A stretch of 64,000 nucleotides of DNA from Candidatus Cloacimonadales bacterium (GTDB lineage Bacteria > Cloacimonadota > Cloacimonadia > Cloacimonadales > DAONDQ01). Shown piece after piece: positions 30,021 to 39,491 of this stretch. A program made the position numbers and the translations under genes. Location of the stretch: assembly GCA_963662275.1 (NCBI GenBank), contig OY759316.1, forward strand, positions 1,248,001 through 1,312,000, in the 5' to 3' direction. Position 1 is the first letter of the stretch. Every line of letters starts with the position of its first letter. The notes beneath the pieces were generated by a model. That model saw nothing but the letters and a program-made list of their open reading frames with translations. It was not told the origin of the DNA and did no database searches.

Positions 30021-30893
30021 ATGGAATCATACGAAGTTCGCTTTTTAGAGTGCCTTGATCTTCGAGGCGTGTCCCGAGAGACAAAATACAATTACATCAG
30101 ACAAGTCACTTCTTTAGCATCATATTATGGTCAAGACCCCGGCACACTATCTATTGAACAGGTAAGAACATATTTTGTCTACCTGCATAACGTCAAGAAT
30201 TATAGTCCTCAGAGTTTAAAATCAGCCTATTATGGCATCAGATTTTTTTTCATCCATGTTGTTGGTTTCAGGCAAGAGGATTTTACCTTTTTTAAGGCAA
30301 AGATTGAGCACAAACTTCCTGTGATTCTGACCACAGACGAAGTTAGAATGCTTATCTCCCGCATTCATACTTATGATTATCGACTCTTACTGACTCTTAC
30401 CTATCAATGCGGATTAAGGATTTCGGAAGCAGTCAAGATTAAAATAGCCGATATCAACCGGGAATTGATGACCATCACGGTAAGGCAATCCAAAGGCAAC
30501 AAAGACAGGTCAATACCTCTGCCTGAAAAATTGTATCAGGAACTCCGGGAATATTGGAAAACCCATCAGAACAGACAGCTTTTATTCCCGAGCAGAAGCA
30601 CCAGACAGGCTGATATTAACAGAATGACAACCTCGAACCAGATTTCTGTCCAAACTCTTCGGTCAGCTCTGAAGTCAGCCTTAAAGGAGACACGCATCCC
30701 TAAGCATGTAACCTGTCATACACTCAGACATTCTTATGCCACACATTTATTGGAAGCAGGTGTCAGTATCATCATCATCAAAGACTTGCTCGGGCACGAA
30801 AGTCTTAGAGCGACCATGGTATACGTGCATTTGACTAACGTTTCCCGAGAGCAGTCATGTAAAATCATCAATGAACTGATGAATAAGATGTAA
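30021..30893 (+). CDS. Tyrosine recombinase/integrase with N-terminal SAM-like domain
   Basis: GLRISE, SKGNKDR, HTLRHSYATHLLE, LLGH, TMVY; all catalytic residues present. Confidence 0.93.
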   Translation: MESYEVRFLECLDLRGVSRETKYNYIRQVTSLASYYGQDPGTLSIEQVRTYFVYLHNVKNYSPQSLKSAYYGIRFFFIHVVGFRQEDFTFFKAKIEHKLPVILTTDEVRMLISRIHTYDYRLLLTLTYQCGLRISEAVKIKIADINRELMTITVRQSKGNKDRSIPLPEKLYQELREYWKTHQNRQLLFPSRSTRQADINRMTTSNQISVQTLRSALKSALKETRIPKHVTCHTLRHSYATHLLEAGVSIIIIKDLLGHESLRATMVYVHLTNVSREQSCKIINELMNKM

Positions 30894-32036
30894 ATGGATT
30901 TTAGCAGGATTCTCAAAAACAACCTGTCCGAGTATCTGGAAAAATATGGAAACCAGTCACCGGAAAGCCATTTAAGAGCGATCAGAGATATTCTCCTTTG
31001 CCGGACACCTGAACTGGGCGGAGAAGTCTATTTATGCCAGGAATGTGCGGAACTGCATTATTCCTATCATTCCTGCAAAAACCGTCACTGCCCGAAGTGT
31101 GGCCGTAATGATTCAGCGAAATGGCTGGAAAAGCAGCTTGCCAAACTGCTGCCGGTTAAGTACTTCATGGTAACTTTCACCATACCCCGGGAACTGCACA
31201 AAACATGCCTGTCAAATCAGAAACTGCTTTATGATCTTCAGTTCAAAGCATCATCTGAAGCCTTAAAGACATTGCTTTCAGATCCCAAATATGCCGGTGG
31301 CGTTTCAGGCTTTACCGGGGTACTTCATACCTGGACAAGGCAGCTTGAATATCATCCTCATATTCATTATATAGTCCCCGGCGGAGCTTGGAATAAAGAA
31401 CGAAAGGAATGGCAAAAAGCAGGCAATAAGTTCCTGATTCCGGTCAAAGCTCTTTCGGTGATTTACCGGGCAAAATTCCGTGATTTGCTTCGACTGGAAA
31501 ATCAGCATCTGTTTGGTCGGATATCCCCGCTAGTCTGGCAGCAAAAAGAGTTTGTCACAGACTCCCGACCCGTCGGAAAAGGTCGGGAGGCTCTGACTTA
31601 TTTGGCCAATTATGTGTATCGGACCGCCATCACCAACAATCGCATCCTTTGGGAAAAGGACGGGCTGGTAACCTTTAAATACAAGCCGGCAGGTTCAGCT
31701 AAATTCGCCTTTAAAAGCGTCGACTCCGTGGAGTTTATCAATAAGTTCCTGATGCATGTTCTGCCGCAGGGATTTCAGAAAATCAGATACTACGGATTTC
31801 TCAGTCCGGCGGCAAAATCTGTCTGGGAGATGGTCAACAGCTTTTTCCCAGCAAAGTCCGATTCTAATGACAAGAATCAGACAGCTAAAACTTTTGTAAT
31901 TCCCAAATTTGAAAAAGACCTCTGCCCTAATTGCAAATCAAAGATGACACAGCATGCTTCAATTACCGGAAAACCAAGATCACCGCCTTGGTCGCTGTTG
32001 TTTTTGGCAAATTGCTTTGATGGCGGTAAACTGTAA
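30894..32036 (+). CDS. IS91-family (Y2/HUH) transposase with zinc-binding domain
   Basis: CQEC...HSCKNRHCPKC, VTFTIP, LHTW...HPHIH, YLANY, IRYYG. Confidence 0.93.
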   Translation: MDFSRILKNNLSEYLEKYGNQSPESHLRAIRDILLCRTPELGGEVYLCQECAELHYSYHSCKNRHCPKCGRNDSAKWLEKQLAKLLPVKYFMVTFTIPRELHKTCLSNQKLLYDLQFKASSEALKTLLSDPKYAGGVSGFTGVLHTWTRQLEYHPHIHYIVPGGAWNKERKEWQKAGNKFLIPVKALSVIYRAKFRDLLRLENQHLFGRISPLVWQQKEFVTDSRPVGKGREALTYLANYVYRTAITNNRILWEKDGLVTFKYKPAGSAKFAFKSVDSVEFINKFLMHVLPQGFQKIRYYGFLSPAAKSVWEMVNSFFPAKSDSNDKNQTAKTFVIPKFEKDLCPNCKSKMTQHASITGKPRSPPWSLLFLANCFDGGKL

Positions 32037-32401
32037 GTTAATTTTACCGACGGGATTGTCTTGCCTAAATTATAGAAACAACCGAAATATTACAGGCAAT
32101 TTGCTAAAATACTTGAAAACAATATCAGCCCATACACAAAAAGTCTGATCTCAAAGTGATTTGATAACTTCTGAAAAGAAAATCATCTCTTCCATTGGTA
32201 AAAGACTCTGCTAAAATTGTAAAAATCCAATTCAACCCAAGAAATCTTCAAAAAGCAATTTCCAAATACATATTCAAAATCACCCTGCTACTTGAGCTTG
32301 TTCAACAGCATATCCAATCATGTCTATGATGGGAAATGCTTATTATGTTATATCTACGGATGATGAATCATGAACTGAGCTATGCCAAAAGGAAGGTGAT
32401 G

Positions 32402-33490
32402 ATGGGGAAGCTCTTACTAATTGGTATTGTCGTGATTGGGGTTGTTTGTTCTACAGCTATTTTGAGTTCTAATGCTCAAACAACAAAATTACCGCAAGTG
32501 GCAGTCAGTGAAATTTCCACAAAAGAGACGAAAAACCTGTCTAATTATGCTGTTCGGTATGCACTACAGTTTGCTGAATCTCAACATTTTCCAGCAAGAT
32601 CGGGATTCACGAGGAAGCAGACTTTCAACAATTTTTTTTATCGCAATGGATATATTGATAGTATTCGTTATTCTTATGTGACTTCAAAACAAGCTTTTCA
32701 AATTAAAACATATACTCGAACAACAGTCAATGGAAAGACTGCCAGCCGATGTACGATGGCTGGTATTAGTGGTATTAGCTCTATCGGTGGGAAAGGGAAC
32801 CTGGCTCACTGGAGTTATGATTATAACTTTCTGGATTCATCTCCCAATGGGAACGATGGAACAGGTTTGAATGGTATCCGTTTTCAAAGCAATGGACTCA
32901 ATAATGCAGCCGTATTCATCGATGGACGTAACGATTACGTAACCTACGAAGATAGCCCAACACTTGATATGCCCGTTAATTTCTCCTGGTCATTCTGGGG
33001 CAACTGGAACTCAGACCCCAATGGCTGGATTCCCTTTATGTGGAAAGCTTCCTTGCCAAATAATACTAGTTATTGGAATAAACCAAGTTATGGTTTGTGG
33101 ATCAAGAATGACTATCTCCACGCAGGTATTTTGACGCAAAACATGGAATGGATCGAAGCAATTTCTACAATGCAAGTGAAGCCCCAGGGTACCTGGCATC
33201 TTATGTGTATTACGTATAATGGTTTAACGCTCAAAATCTATTATGACGGTGTTGTTGTTGGAACTGCGACAGGCTCGGTCGGTGGTCCAATATACAATTC
33301 CACTGAAATAGTAAGTATTGCTAGGATATCCCAAGATGGCTCTTATATATATTTTAAAGGCAGGATGGATGAAATTGGTATGTATGATTTTGTATTTACA
33401 CAAGCACAGGTACTATCCATTTGGAATAGTCCGAATGGACTTCTTCCAACAACTACCGGTATTCCTGTTGTAGAATATGTCAAGGAGTAA
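32402..33490 (+). CDS. LamG/ConA-like domain protein with PilX-like N-terminal helix, paralog 3
   Basis: Same architecture as paralogs 1 and 2. Confidence 0.85.
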   Translation: MGKLLLIGIVVIGVVCSTAILSSNAQTTKLPQVAVSEISTKETKNLSNYAVRYALQFAESQHFPARSGFTRKQTFNNFFYRNGYIDSIRYSYVTSKQAFQIKTYTRTTVNGKTASRCTMAGISGISSIGGKGNLAHWSYDYNFLDSSPNGNDGTGLNGIRFQSNGLNNAAVFIDGRNDYVTYEDSPTLDMPVNFSWSFWGNWNSDPNGWIPFMWKASLPNNTSYWNKPSYGLWIKNDYLHAGILTQNMEWIEAISTMQVKPQGTWHLMCITYNGLTLKIYYDGVVVGTATGSVGGPIYNSTEIVSIARISQDGSYIYFKGRMDEIGMYDFVFTQAQVLSIWNSPNGLLPTTTGIPVVEYVKE

Positions 33491-33550
33491 AGCAGAAAGA
33501 ATAGAGAAAAAAGAATTAGACTCTGTGGAAAAAAGTAGCAAAGGAATATT

Positions 33551-33736
33551 GGAGTCCAAATCGCCACCGTGACTTGTTGATTATCGATTAATTATATGCG
33601 ATACGGACTTCAGTATTCCGATTACCTAAACAATTGATTATTATCACTTAAAATTCGTTTATTCCCCTAATGCCGAAGTCCGCAATTCCTATGAATTGGT
33701 AGTAGTATGGTTGTTTTCGTAGGAATTTTGAACTCC
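33551..33736. repeat. Inverted pair of ~62-bp hairpin units
   Basis: 33551-33611 (minus) and 33675-33736 (plus); the upstream flank from 33511 matches ~29330 onward. Confidence 0.75.
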
Positions 33737-33951
33737 GGCATGCTTGTCTGGACTTTTTTCTACAGATTCATAATGAAGCATTGAAATTGAAGAAAAGGTT
33801 GGAGTACCCTATTCTCTAGGTGTGCCAGGCGAATATTTGTCTCCTCCAGTACATATTAATGGTCATTTCAGCTAATCACACTATCTTATCCCATGTCGAC
33901 TTATGTAGTGACCAGAAACTTCATCAGATAATTCTAAAAAAGGAGAACAAT

Positions 33952-34101
33952 ATGTTATTAACGGTTGGTATCATTTTAATCGTGTTATGGTTACTGGGAG
34001 TAGTAACATCATATACATTGGGTGGTTTTATTCACATACTTTTGGTGATTGCTGTTATCGTCATTTTAATTCGAGTGATTAAAGGCCAAAAGGTGCTATG
34101 A
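33952..34101 (+). CDS. lmo0937-family small membrane protein
   Basis: MLLTVGIILIVLWLLG...GGFIHILLVIA; AAGGAG RBS. Confidence 0.85.
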   Translation: MLLTVGIILIVLWLLGVVTSYTLGGFIHILLVIAVIVILIRVIKGQKVL

Positions 34102-34236
34102 TCTCAAATCATCTATAGAAGATTTTGAGGAAAGAACAATAATTTGACAAGAGTAATACCATTTATGTAAATGGTTGCATCAGTTTGTCGTTCATGACTT
34201 TGTAGAGGAGAATCGCAAGTAATGTAGTTTTACATA

Positions 34237-36123
34237 TCATTTTGGTAATGAAAAATAGAATGTAGCTCCCTCATCAATATCTCCCTTAGCCCAGACCTTG
34301 CCTCCATGACGTAAAATAATACGCTGCACAATAGCCAAACCAACGCCTGTGCCTTCAAACTCCTGTGTGCTATGCAGACGCTGGAATATTCTAAAAAGCT
34401 TATCCATATACAGTTGATCAAAACCAGCGCCATTGTCTTTGACAGAAAAAATAATTTCGTTTTCTTGTTCAGCAGCATTCACTTCAATGATCGCCTGCTC
34501 TTTTTTTGATGAGTATTTTACGGCATTCGAAAGCAAGTGAAACCACACTTGACGAATTAGTTTCTCATCTCCAGTAACAATAGGCAATTTACTGACTTCG
34601 AAATCCATCCTCCCTGGATTTCCTGGACTGATAATTTCACGTGCAATAAATTGAACTATTACTTCCATATTTATCTTCGAAATTTGCATTGGTATTCTAC
34701 CGATACGTGAGAATGTAAGCAAGTTATCAATGAGTTTACTCATATCCTTGGTACTTTCCGTGATGATAGAGCAGAGATGCTTACCTTCAGTATCGAGAAT
34801 TGATTTATAATCCTCCTGGAGGATGTGCGTAAATCCATCAACCGCCCGAAGTGGTGTTTGAAGGTAATGGGCTATCGAAGATGCAAAGTCCTCCAGCTCT
34901 CTATTTGCAACTTCAAGTTCTGCTGTACGTTTTGCCACTTGTTCTTCGAGTTCAACAGTATAATTCTTCATATGATCGAACAAGAGTATTTCAGCCTTTT
35001 TCCGTTCTGTAATATCAAAAACTGTACCGATGATAGAAATAAGATTATCATCACTATCATATATGCCTTGAAAAGTAGATTGATAATAACCAATACTTTC
35101 ATCTGGACGAAGGAATTTTTGTTCATAACTTCCCTTTTCATGAGACTCCATTGCCTTCTTAATTAATTCCTGGTCACGTTCGTGGTCTTCTGCCCAAGGG
35201 GACAATGACATGATAGAATCAATTTGAGGCTTGAATTCCCTTGAATCAAGTCGAAAAATCTGATATACTTCATCTGACCAGGCAACATCCCCAGTTTGAA
35301 TATCCCAACTCCAATAACCCAATTGTGCCAATTGTTTAGCTTCACTGAGTTTTCTTTCACTTTCTCTTAATGCTTCTTCGGCTTTTCTTTGTTCTGTGAT
35401 ATCATTAATGCTGGAAAGAATACAGTTTCCGATGTTTAATTTGATCATTAAGGCTGAAAATAAAGTATTAATAATTTTACCGTCTTTCTTTCGGAATAAA
35501 TATTCTTTATTTTTTACCTCACAACCTGAATGAAGAATATTTATAACCTCCTGCCGATCACTTTCCTTTACCCACAATTTTAATCCGATGGAAGAATTGG
35601 TTAAAGCTTCTTCCTGTGTATATCCGATGATTGTGCAAAAAGTATCATTGATTTCGATGAATTTACCATCTTCAGCACGAGTAATGGTGATAGCATAGGG
35701 GGATGTCTGGAATGCCTTGGAAAATTTCTCCTCACTTTCTTTTAATGTTTCCTCAGCGCTTTTCATCTCTGTAATTTCCCTGGAAAGGATAAAAATTCCT
35801 TCGGGTACAGGCTGAATGCTTAGATCAAACCAATTCTTTGAACAATTAGGAAAAACATTATCACTTTCGAAATGATGTGCTACACGCTCTTCCATACAAT
35901 GCTGTAATATTTGAAATACTTCTGTTTGGTTAATTCCATGCCATACATCCATATATTTTTTACCTAGAATTTCTTCTCTGGACAAATGACTGTGAACGAG
36001 AGCAGCATTATTTACATACAGATATGTCCAGTCAAAACCAATGATTTGGCATCCTTCCATCAAACTATCAAATGTTGAACGAAAAAGCTCTTCACTTTTC
36101 TGAATATCATTTGATAAGTTCAT
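34237..36123 (-). CDS. Cytoplasmic multi-PAS sensor histidine kinase
   Basis: PAS/PAC repeats (DITEQRKAEE), HisKA region AHYLQTPL, HATPase NAVKY, DNGAGF, GTGVGL. Confidence 0.92.
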   Translation of the reverse strand: MNLSNDIQKSEELFRSTFDSLMEGCQIIGFDWTYLYVNNAALVHSHLSREEILGKKYMDVWHGINQTEVFQILQHCMEERVAHHFESDNVFPNCSKNWFDLSIQPVPEGIFILSREITEMKSAEETLKESEEKFSKAFQTSPYAITITRAEDGKFIEINDTFCTIIGYTQEEALTNSSIGLKLWVKESDRQEVINILHSGCEVKNKEYLFRKKDGKIINTLFSALMIKLNIGNCILSSINDITEQRKAEEALRESERKLSEAKQLAQLGYWSWDIQTGDVAWSDEVYQIFRLDSREFKPQIDSIMSLSPWAEDHERDQELIKKAMESHEKGSYEQKFLRPDESIGYYQSTFQGIYDSDDNLISIIGTVFDITERKKAEILLFDHMKNYTVELEEQVAKRTAELEVANRELEDFASSIAHYLQTPLRAVDGFTHILQEDYKSILDTEGKHLCSIITESTKDMSKLIDNLLTFSRIGRIPMQISKINMEVIVQFIAREIISPGNPGRMDFEVSKLPIVTGDEKLIRQVWFHLLSNAVKYSSKKEQAIIEVNAAEQENEIIFSVKDNGAGFDQLYMDKLFRIFQRLHSTQEFEGTGVGLAIVQRIILRHGGKVWAKGDIDEGATFYFSLPK

Positions 36124-36437
36124 TGTAATACCCCCTGTGATTCAAAATATAATTATAATTTATATTATTTGAGGAATTATGCAAATTATGAAAGTTAATT
36201 TTTTATAACCAGTCATCTGTCTGAAACACTAGATAACCCAGTTACATCATTTATATTGCCATAGAGAAGTACCTATGCAAACGATCAGGATGTGTTTGTA
36301 ACTATTATCAGGATGCCATGTGGAAACAGCGAACACAAACATTTCATTACCCTTGATTTAATATCGCAATAAACAAGATTTTATTTGCTTGACAAGAATA
36401 CCCTCCTTTCTTTGATAACGCCACATTGTGAATATAC

Positions 36438-36513
36438 GGCGAGATAGCTCAGCCGGTAGAGCAGAGGCCTGAAAAGCCTTGTGTCCCCAGTTCAATTCTG
36501 GGTCTTGCCACCA
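36438..36513 (+). tRNA. tRNA-Phe (GAA)
   Basis: 76-nt cloverleaf: acceptor GGCGAGA/TCTTGCC, anticodon loop CTGAAAA, GTTCAA T-loop, encoded CCA; TTGACA upstream at 36389. Confidence 0.97.
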
Positions 36514-36520
36514 TAAATCA

Positions 36521-36550
36521 AAGGCACTCTTGCGAGTGCCTTTTTCTTTT
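36521..36550 (+). terminator. Intrinsic terminator after tRNA
   Basis: AAGGCACTC-TTGC-GAGTGCCTT followed by T-tract. Confidence 0.85.
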
Positions 36551-36577
36551 CAGTCCCATGACAGGAGAGATAAAAGC

Positions 36578-38122
36578 ATGTATCTATTGAAAAACCTGCA
36601 AATACCAGTACAAAAAGAACCTGATTTAAAACAATACATCTGCAGAAAGCTGGGTATTTCTGCAAATCAGCTCTTACATCAAGAAGTATTATTACGTTCA
36701 ATTGATGCAAGGCATCGTAACAGGCTTAACTTCAATTACACTCTTCTCATAGAAATAGGCGTACCAATTCCCTGCCATGTCGATTTACTGCCTAATCATG
36801 AAGAAATTCCTGACCAGGTTTCTCCTCACAATGTCACGGATATAAATCCTTTCATTATTGGCACTGGACCGGCTGGTCTATTTTGCGCCCTTGCTATGGT
36901 GAAACAGGGATTGCAACCCTATCTGTTTGATAGGGGAGATGATCTTAATGAAAGAAACAAGAAGGTACAAAACTTCTGGAAAACAGGTAAACTTGATCCT
37001 GAATCTAACGTACAGTTTGGTGAAGGTGGTGCAGGCACATTCTCAGATGGCAAATTAACTGCACGCAGCAGGTCACTATACAGCCGGCAAGTATATGAAC
37101 TTCTCATTCAATTCGGGGCAGATGAAAGTATCAAGTTCGAAGCTCTTCCTCATATTGGGACAGATGTTTTGAAAACAGTACTGTTAAATATTCGCAGTTA
37201 TCTTGAGGAAAAGGGATGTCGTTTCTTCTGGAATCACAAACTGGAACAAGCGATTATCGCTGATAACAAGGTTACTGAAGTTGTTATCAATGGTCAGAAG
37301 TACAAGCCTGAAATACTTGTTCTTGCCATTGGTAATGCAGCCCGTGATACATTTGAAATGCTGCATAAACACAGTATCCAAATGGAGGCAAAGGCATTTG
37401 CCGTCGGCGTCAGGATTGAGCATACACAGGATTTCATCAATGAAAGCTTCTACGGAGATAAAACAGATTTCTCCCTGACTGGTCCTGCCACCTATCGTCT
37501 CACAGCTAAATCAGGAAGGCGAGGTGTCTATAGTTTTTGCATGTGCCCCGGTGGTGATGTGATTTCCGCAGCTTCTGAAACGGGTATGCAGGTCACAAAC
37601 GGCATGAGTAACCATCGAAGAAATGGTCGATATGCCAATAGTGCGATTGTAACAACTGTCGATCAAAGTGATTTTGGAGATGGTGTTCTTGCAGGTATCA
37701 GGTTTCAAAGAATGATAGAAGCAAAGGCTTTTCGTCCTGACTATTCAGCACCTATCCAAAAGGCTTCTGATTTCTTACAGAATAAGATTACATCCGGCAA
37801 TATCTCAACATCTTATCGACCAGGCTTTAAAAGTGAAGAACTGAGTGTTTTATTCCCAAAAGATATTATCATTGCTTTAAAAGATGGCTTGAATACATTT
37901 AATAAGAAAGTCCAGGGTTTTTGCGAAAAGGGATTTCTAATCGCACCTGAAACACGAACCTCTTCACCTGTAAGAATTACCAGGGATTTATTGACAGGTT
38001 CTTCCGTTCATATTATTAATCTATATCCTATTGGCGAGGGATCAGGTTATGCCGGAGGAATCATCAGTAGCGCCGTGGATGGATATAAACTGGGACTGCG
38101 TTTAATATTTCGTAGCGCATGA
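36578..38122 (+). CDS. Uncharacterized FAD-dependent oxidoreductase (COG2509-type)
   Basis: IIGTGPAGL, NVQFGEGGAGTFSDGKL, SFCMCPGG, ETRTSSP, GEGSGYAGGIISSA; AGGAG RBS. Confidence 0.88.
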   Translation: MYLLKNLQIPVQKEPDLKQYICRKLGISANQLLHQEVLLRSIDARHRNRLNFNYTLLIEIGVPIPCHVDLLPNHEEIPDQVSPHNVTDINPFIIGTGPAGLFCALAMVKQGLQPYLFDRGDDLNERNKKVQNFWKTGKLDPESNVQFGEGGAGTFSDGKLTARSRSLYSRQVYELLIQFGADESIKFEALPHIGTDVLKTVLLNIRSYLEEKGCRFFWNHKLEQAIIADNKVTEVVINGQKYKPEILVLAIGNAARDTFEMLHKHSIQMEAKAFAVGVRIEHTQDFINESFYGDKTDFSLTGPATYRLTAKSGRRGVYSFCMCPGGDVISAASETGMQVTNGMSNHRRNGRYANSAIVTTVDQSDFGDGVLAGIRFQRMIEAKAFRPDYSAPIQKASDFLQNKITSGNISTSYRPGFKSEELSVLFPKDIIIALKDGLNTFNKKVQGFCEKGFLIAPETRTSSPVRITRDLLTGSSVHIINLYPIGEGSGYAGGIISSAVDGYKLGLRLIFRSA

Positions 38123-38197
38123 CCTCCGGGCATGCATGATGTTGAAAAAGGCTGCCAGGGATGTCAGCCCCTAAACAGATTTAACCAAGAGATAATT

Positions 38198-39412
38198 ATG
38201 ATTCAAACAGATGTTTTGATAGTAGGCGGCGGACCTGCTGGTTTATCTGCTGCAAAATCTGCTGCACAGAAGGGTGTCTCTGTTTTGTTATTCGAAAAGA
38301 GTCGAGAGATTGGATATCCAGTGCATACGAGCGGTGGAAGTTGGATAAAGGAATTGAGAGAGCTAGGTATTCCAGAGAAGTTCATGAATCCAATTTCCAA
38401 AGTCGATTTCATTATTCGAGATGATAAAGCCACATTTGATTTTCCTGAACCTGTTTCATGCGTACTTGATATTCGGGGTCTTTACCAATTCCTTGCGCAG
38501 GAAGCAGCTTTGGAGGGAGCTATCATTCGAGTTAATTCACATGTTACTGAGCCTTTAATGGAGAATGATAAGATCATAGGGGTCAATGTAATCAGAAATG
38601 GTATTAAAGAGGAAGTCAGAGCCAAAGTCGTTATCGATGCCAGTGGATTTCATGGCGTATTAACGCGGAAGCTTGGTTTGATGGATGAAATCACCAGCTA
38701 TGGTTATGGTGCTGAATATGAACTCATTACTGATTCTTGGAAGCAGGATCATGTAGGTTTATTGTTTGGGTCTCAATTTGCTCCAAATGGCTACGGTTGG
38801 GTCTTTCCCTGTGGTGATCACAAGGTTAGAATAGGAACAGGTATCATCTATCCTGATGCTCAGAAGAGTCCCATCCAACTTTTGGATCATTTCATGGAAA
38901 GTGATGACGAAATTGCTCAGAGTTTACGACCATATAGTCTTATGGAAGTCCATCTTGGTTCAGTACCAAACTCCGGTACATTAAAACAGACATACACCGA
39001 TAATTTCCTTATCGCTGGCGATAGTGCAGGTCATGTTTCAGGTATTGCCGGCGAAGGCATCAGATATGCAATTGATATCGGAGGAATGGCAGGTAATGTG
39101 GCAGCAGATGCCGTGAAAAAGAGTAATACTTCAGCTTCGTTCCTGAAAACATTTGAAGCTTCATGGAAGAAAAAATACCAGACGAATTTCTACATTTCAA
39201 ATTTGATTAATCAAAGAATTAGGCAATTTACTGATAGTGAATGGACAGCGAGGATTAAATTACTGAAGCAAGTGGACAAGGAAATTGTCGTTTCCATGAT
39301 GAAAGGAAATTATGATATGAATCTTGTAGCGCTTGTTCTTCGCAAGAATCCTGAATTACTAGTTAGGAAATCTTTTGGGATTATCCGTAAAGCGATTGGA
39401 ATGAAGAAATAA
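38198..39412 (+). CDS. Geranylgeranyl reductase family flavoprotein (DGGGPL reductase-like)
   Basis: DVLIVGGGPAG, EKSREIGYPV, APNGYGWVFP, GDSAG...GEGI. Confidence 0.8.
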   Translation: MIQTDVLIVGGGPAGLSAAKSAAQKGVSVLLFEKSREIGYPVHTSGGSWIKELRELGIPEKFMNPISKVDFIIRDDKATFDFPEPVSCVLDIRGLYQFLAQEAALEGAIIRVNSHVTEPLMENDKIIGVNVIRNGIKEEVRAKVVIDASGFHGVLTRKLGLMDEITSYGYGAEYELITDSWKQDHVGLLFGSQFAPNGYGWVFPCGDHKVRIGTGIIYPDAQKSPIQLLDHFMESDDEIAQSLRPYSLMEVHLGSVPNSGTLKQTYTDNFLIAGDSAGHVSGIAGEGIRYAIDIGGMAGNVAADAVKKSNTSASFLKTFEASWKKKYQTNFYISNLINQRIRQFTDSEWTARIKLLKQVDKEIVVSMMKGNYDMNLVALVLRKNPELLVRKSFGIIRKAIGMKK

Positions 39413-39414
39413 CT

Positions 39415-39479
39415 TGTAGAGTAGGACGCCGATCCTGCTGAATGTAGAGTAGGATGCAGTTCATGCTGAATGTAAAGTA
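39415..39479 (+). repeat. Two 28-bp tandem GTAG-type REP-like units
   Basis: TGTAGAGTAGGACGCCGATCCTGCTGAA / TGTAGAGTAGGATGCAGTTCATGCTGAA. Confidence 0.7.
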
Positions 39480-39491
39480 TTAGGAAGTGAA

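Larger units (their letters stand above)
29897..32307 (+). mobile_element. IS91-family element carrying an upstream tyrosine recombinase
   Basis: Imperfect terminal inverted repeats at 29897-29921 and 32285-32307 enclose integrase + HUH/Y2 transposase genes. Confidence 0.8.

Noticed and set aside
30021..30893. Prophage or integron integrase
   Set aside because: No phage genes or cassette array; the gene abuts the IS91 transposase inside inverted ends.
36438..36513. tRNA-Phe as island integration site for the LamG/IS91 region
   Set aside because: No duplicated tRNA 3' end found by eye, and the accessory genes lie on its 5' side.
36479..36577. N-terminal extension of the FAD oxidoreductase
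   Set aside because: Overlaps tRNA-Phe and its terminator; the RBS supports ATG 36578.
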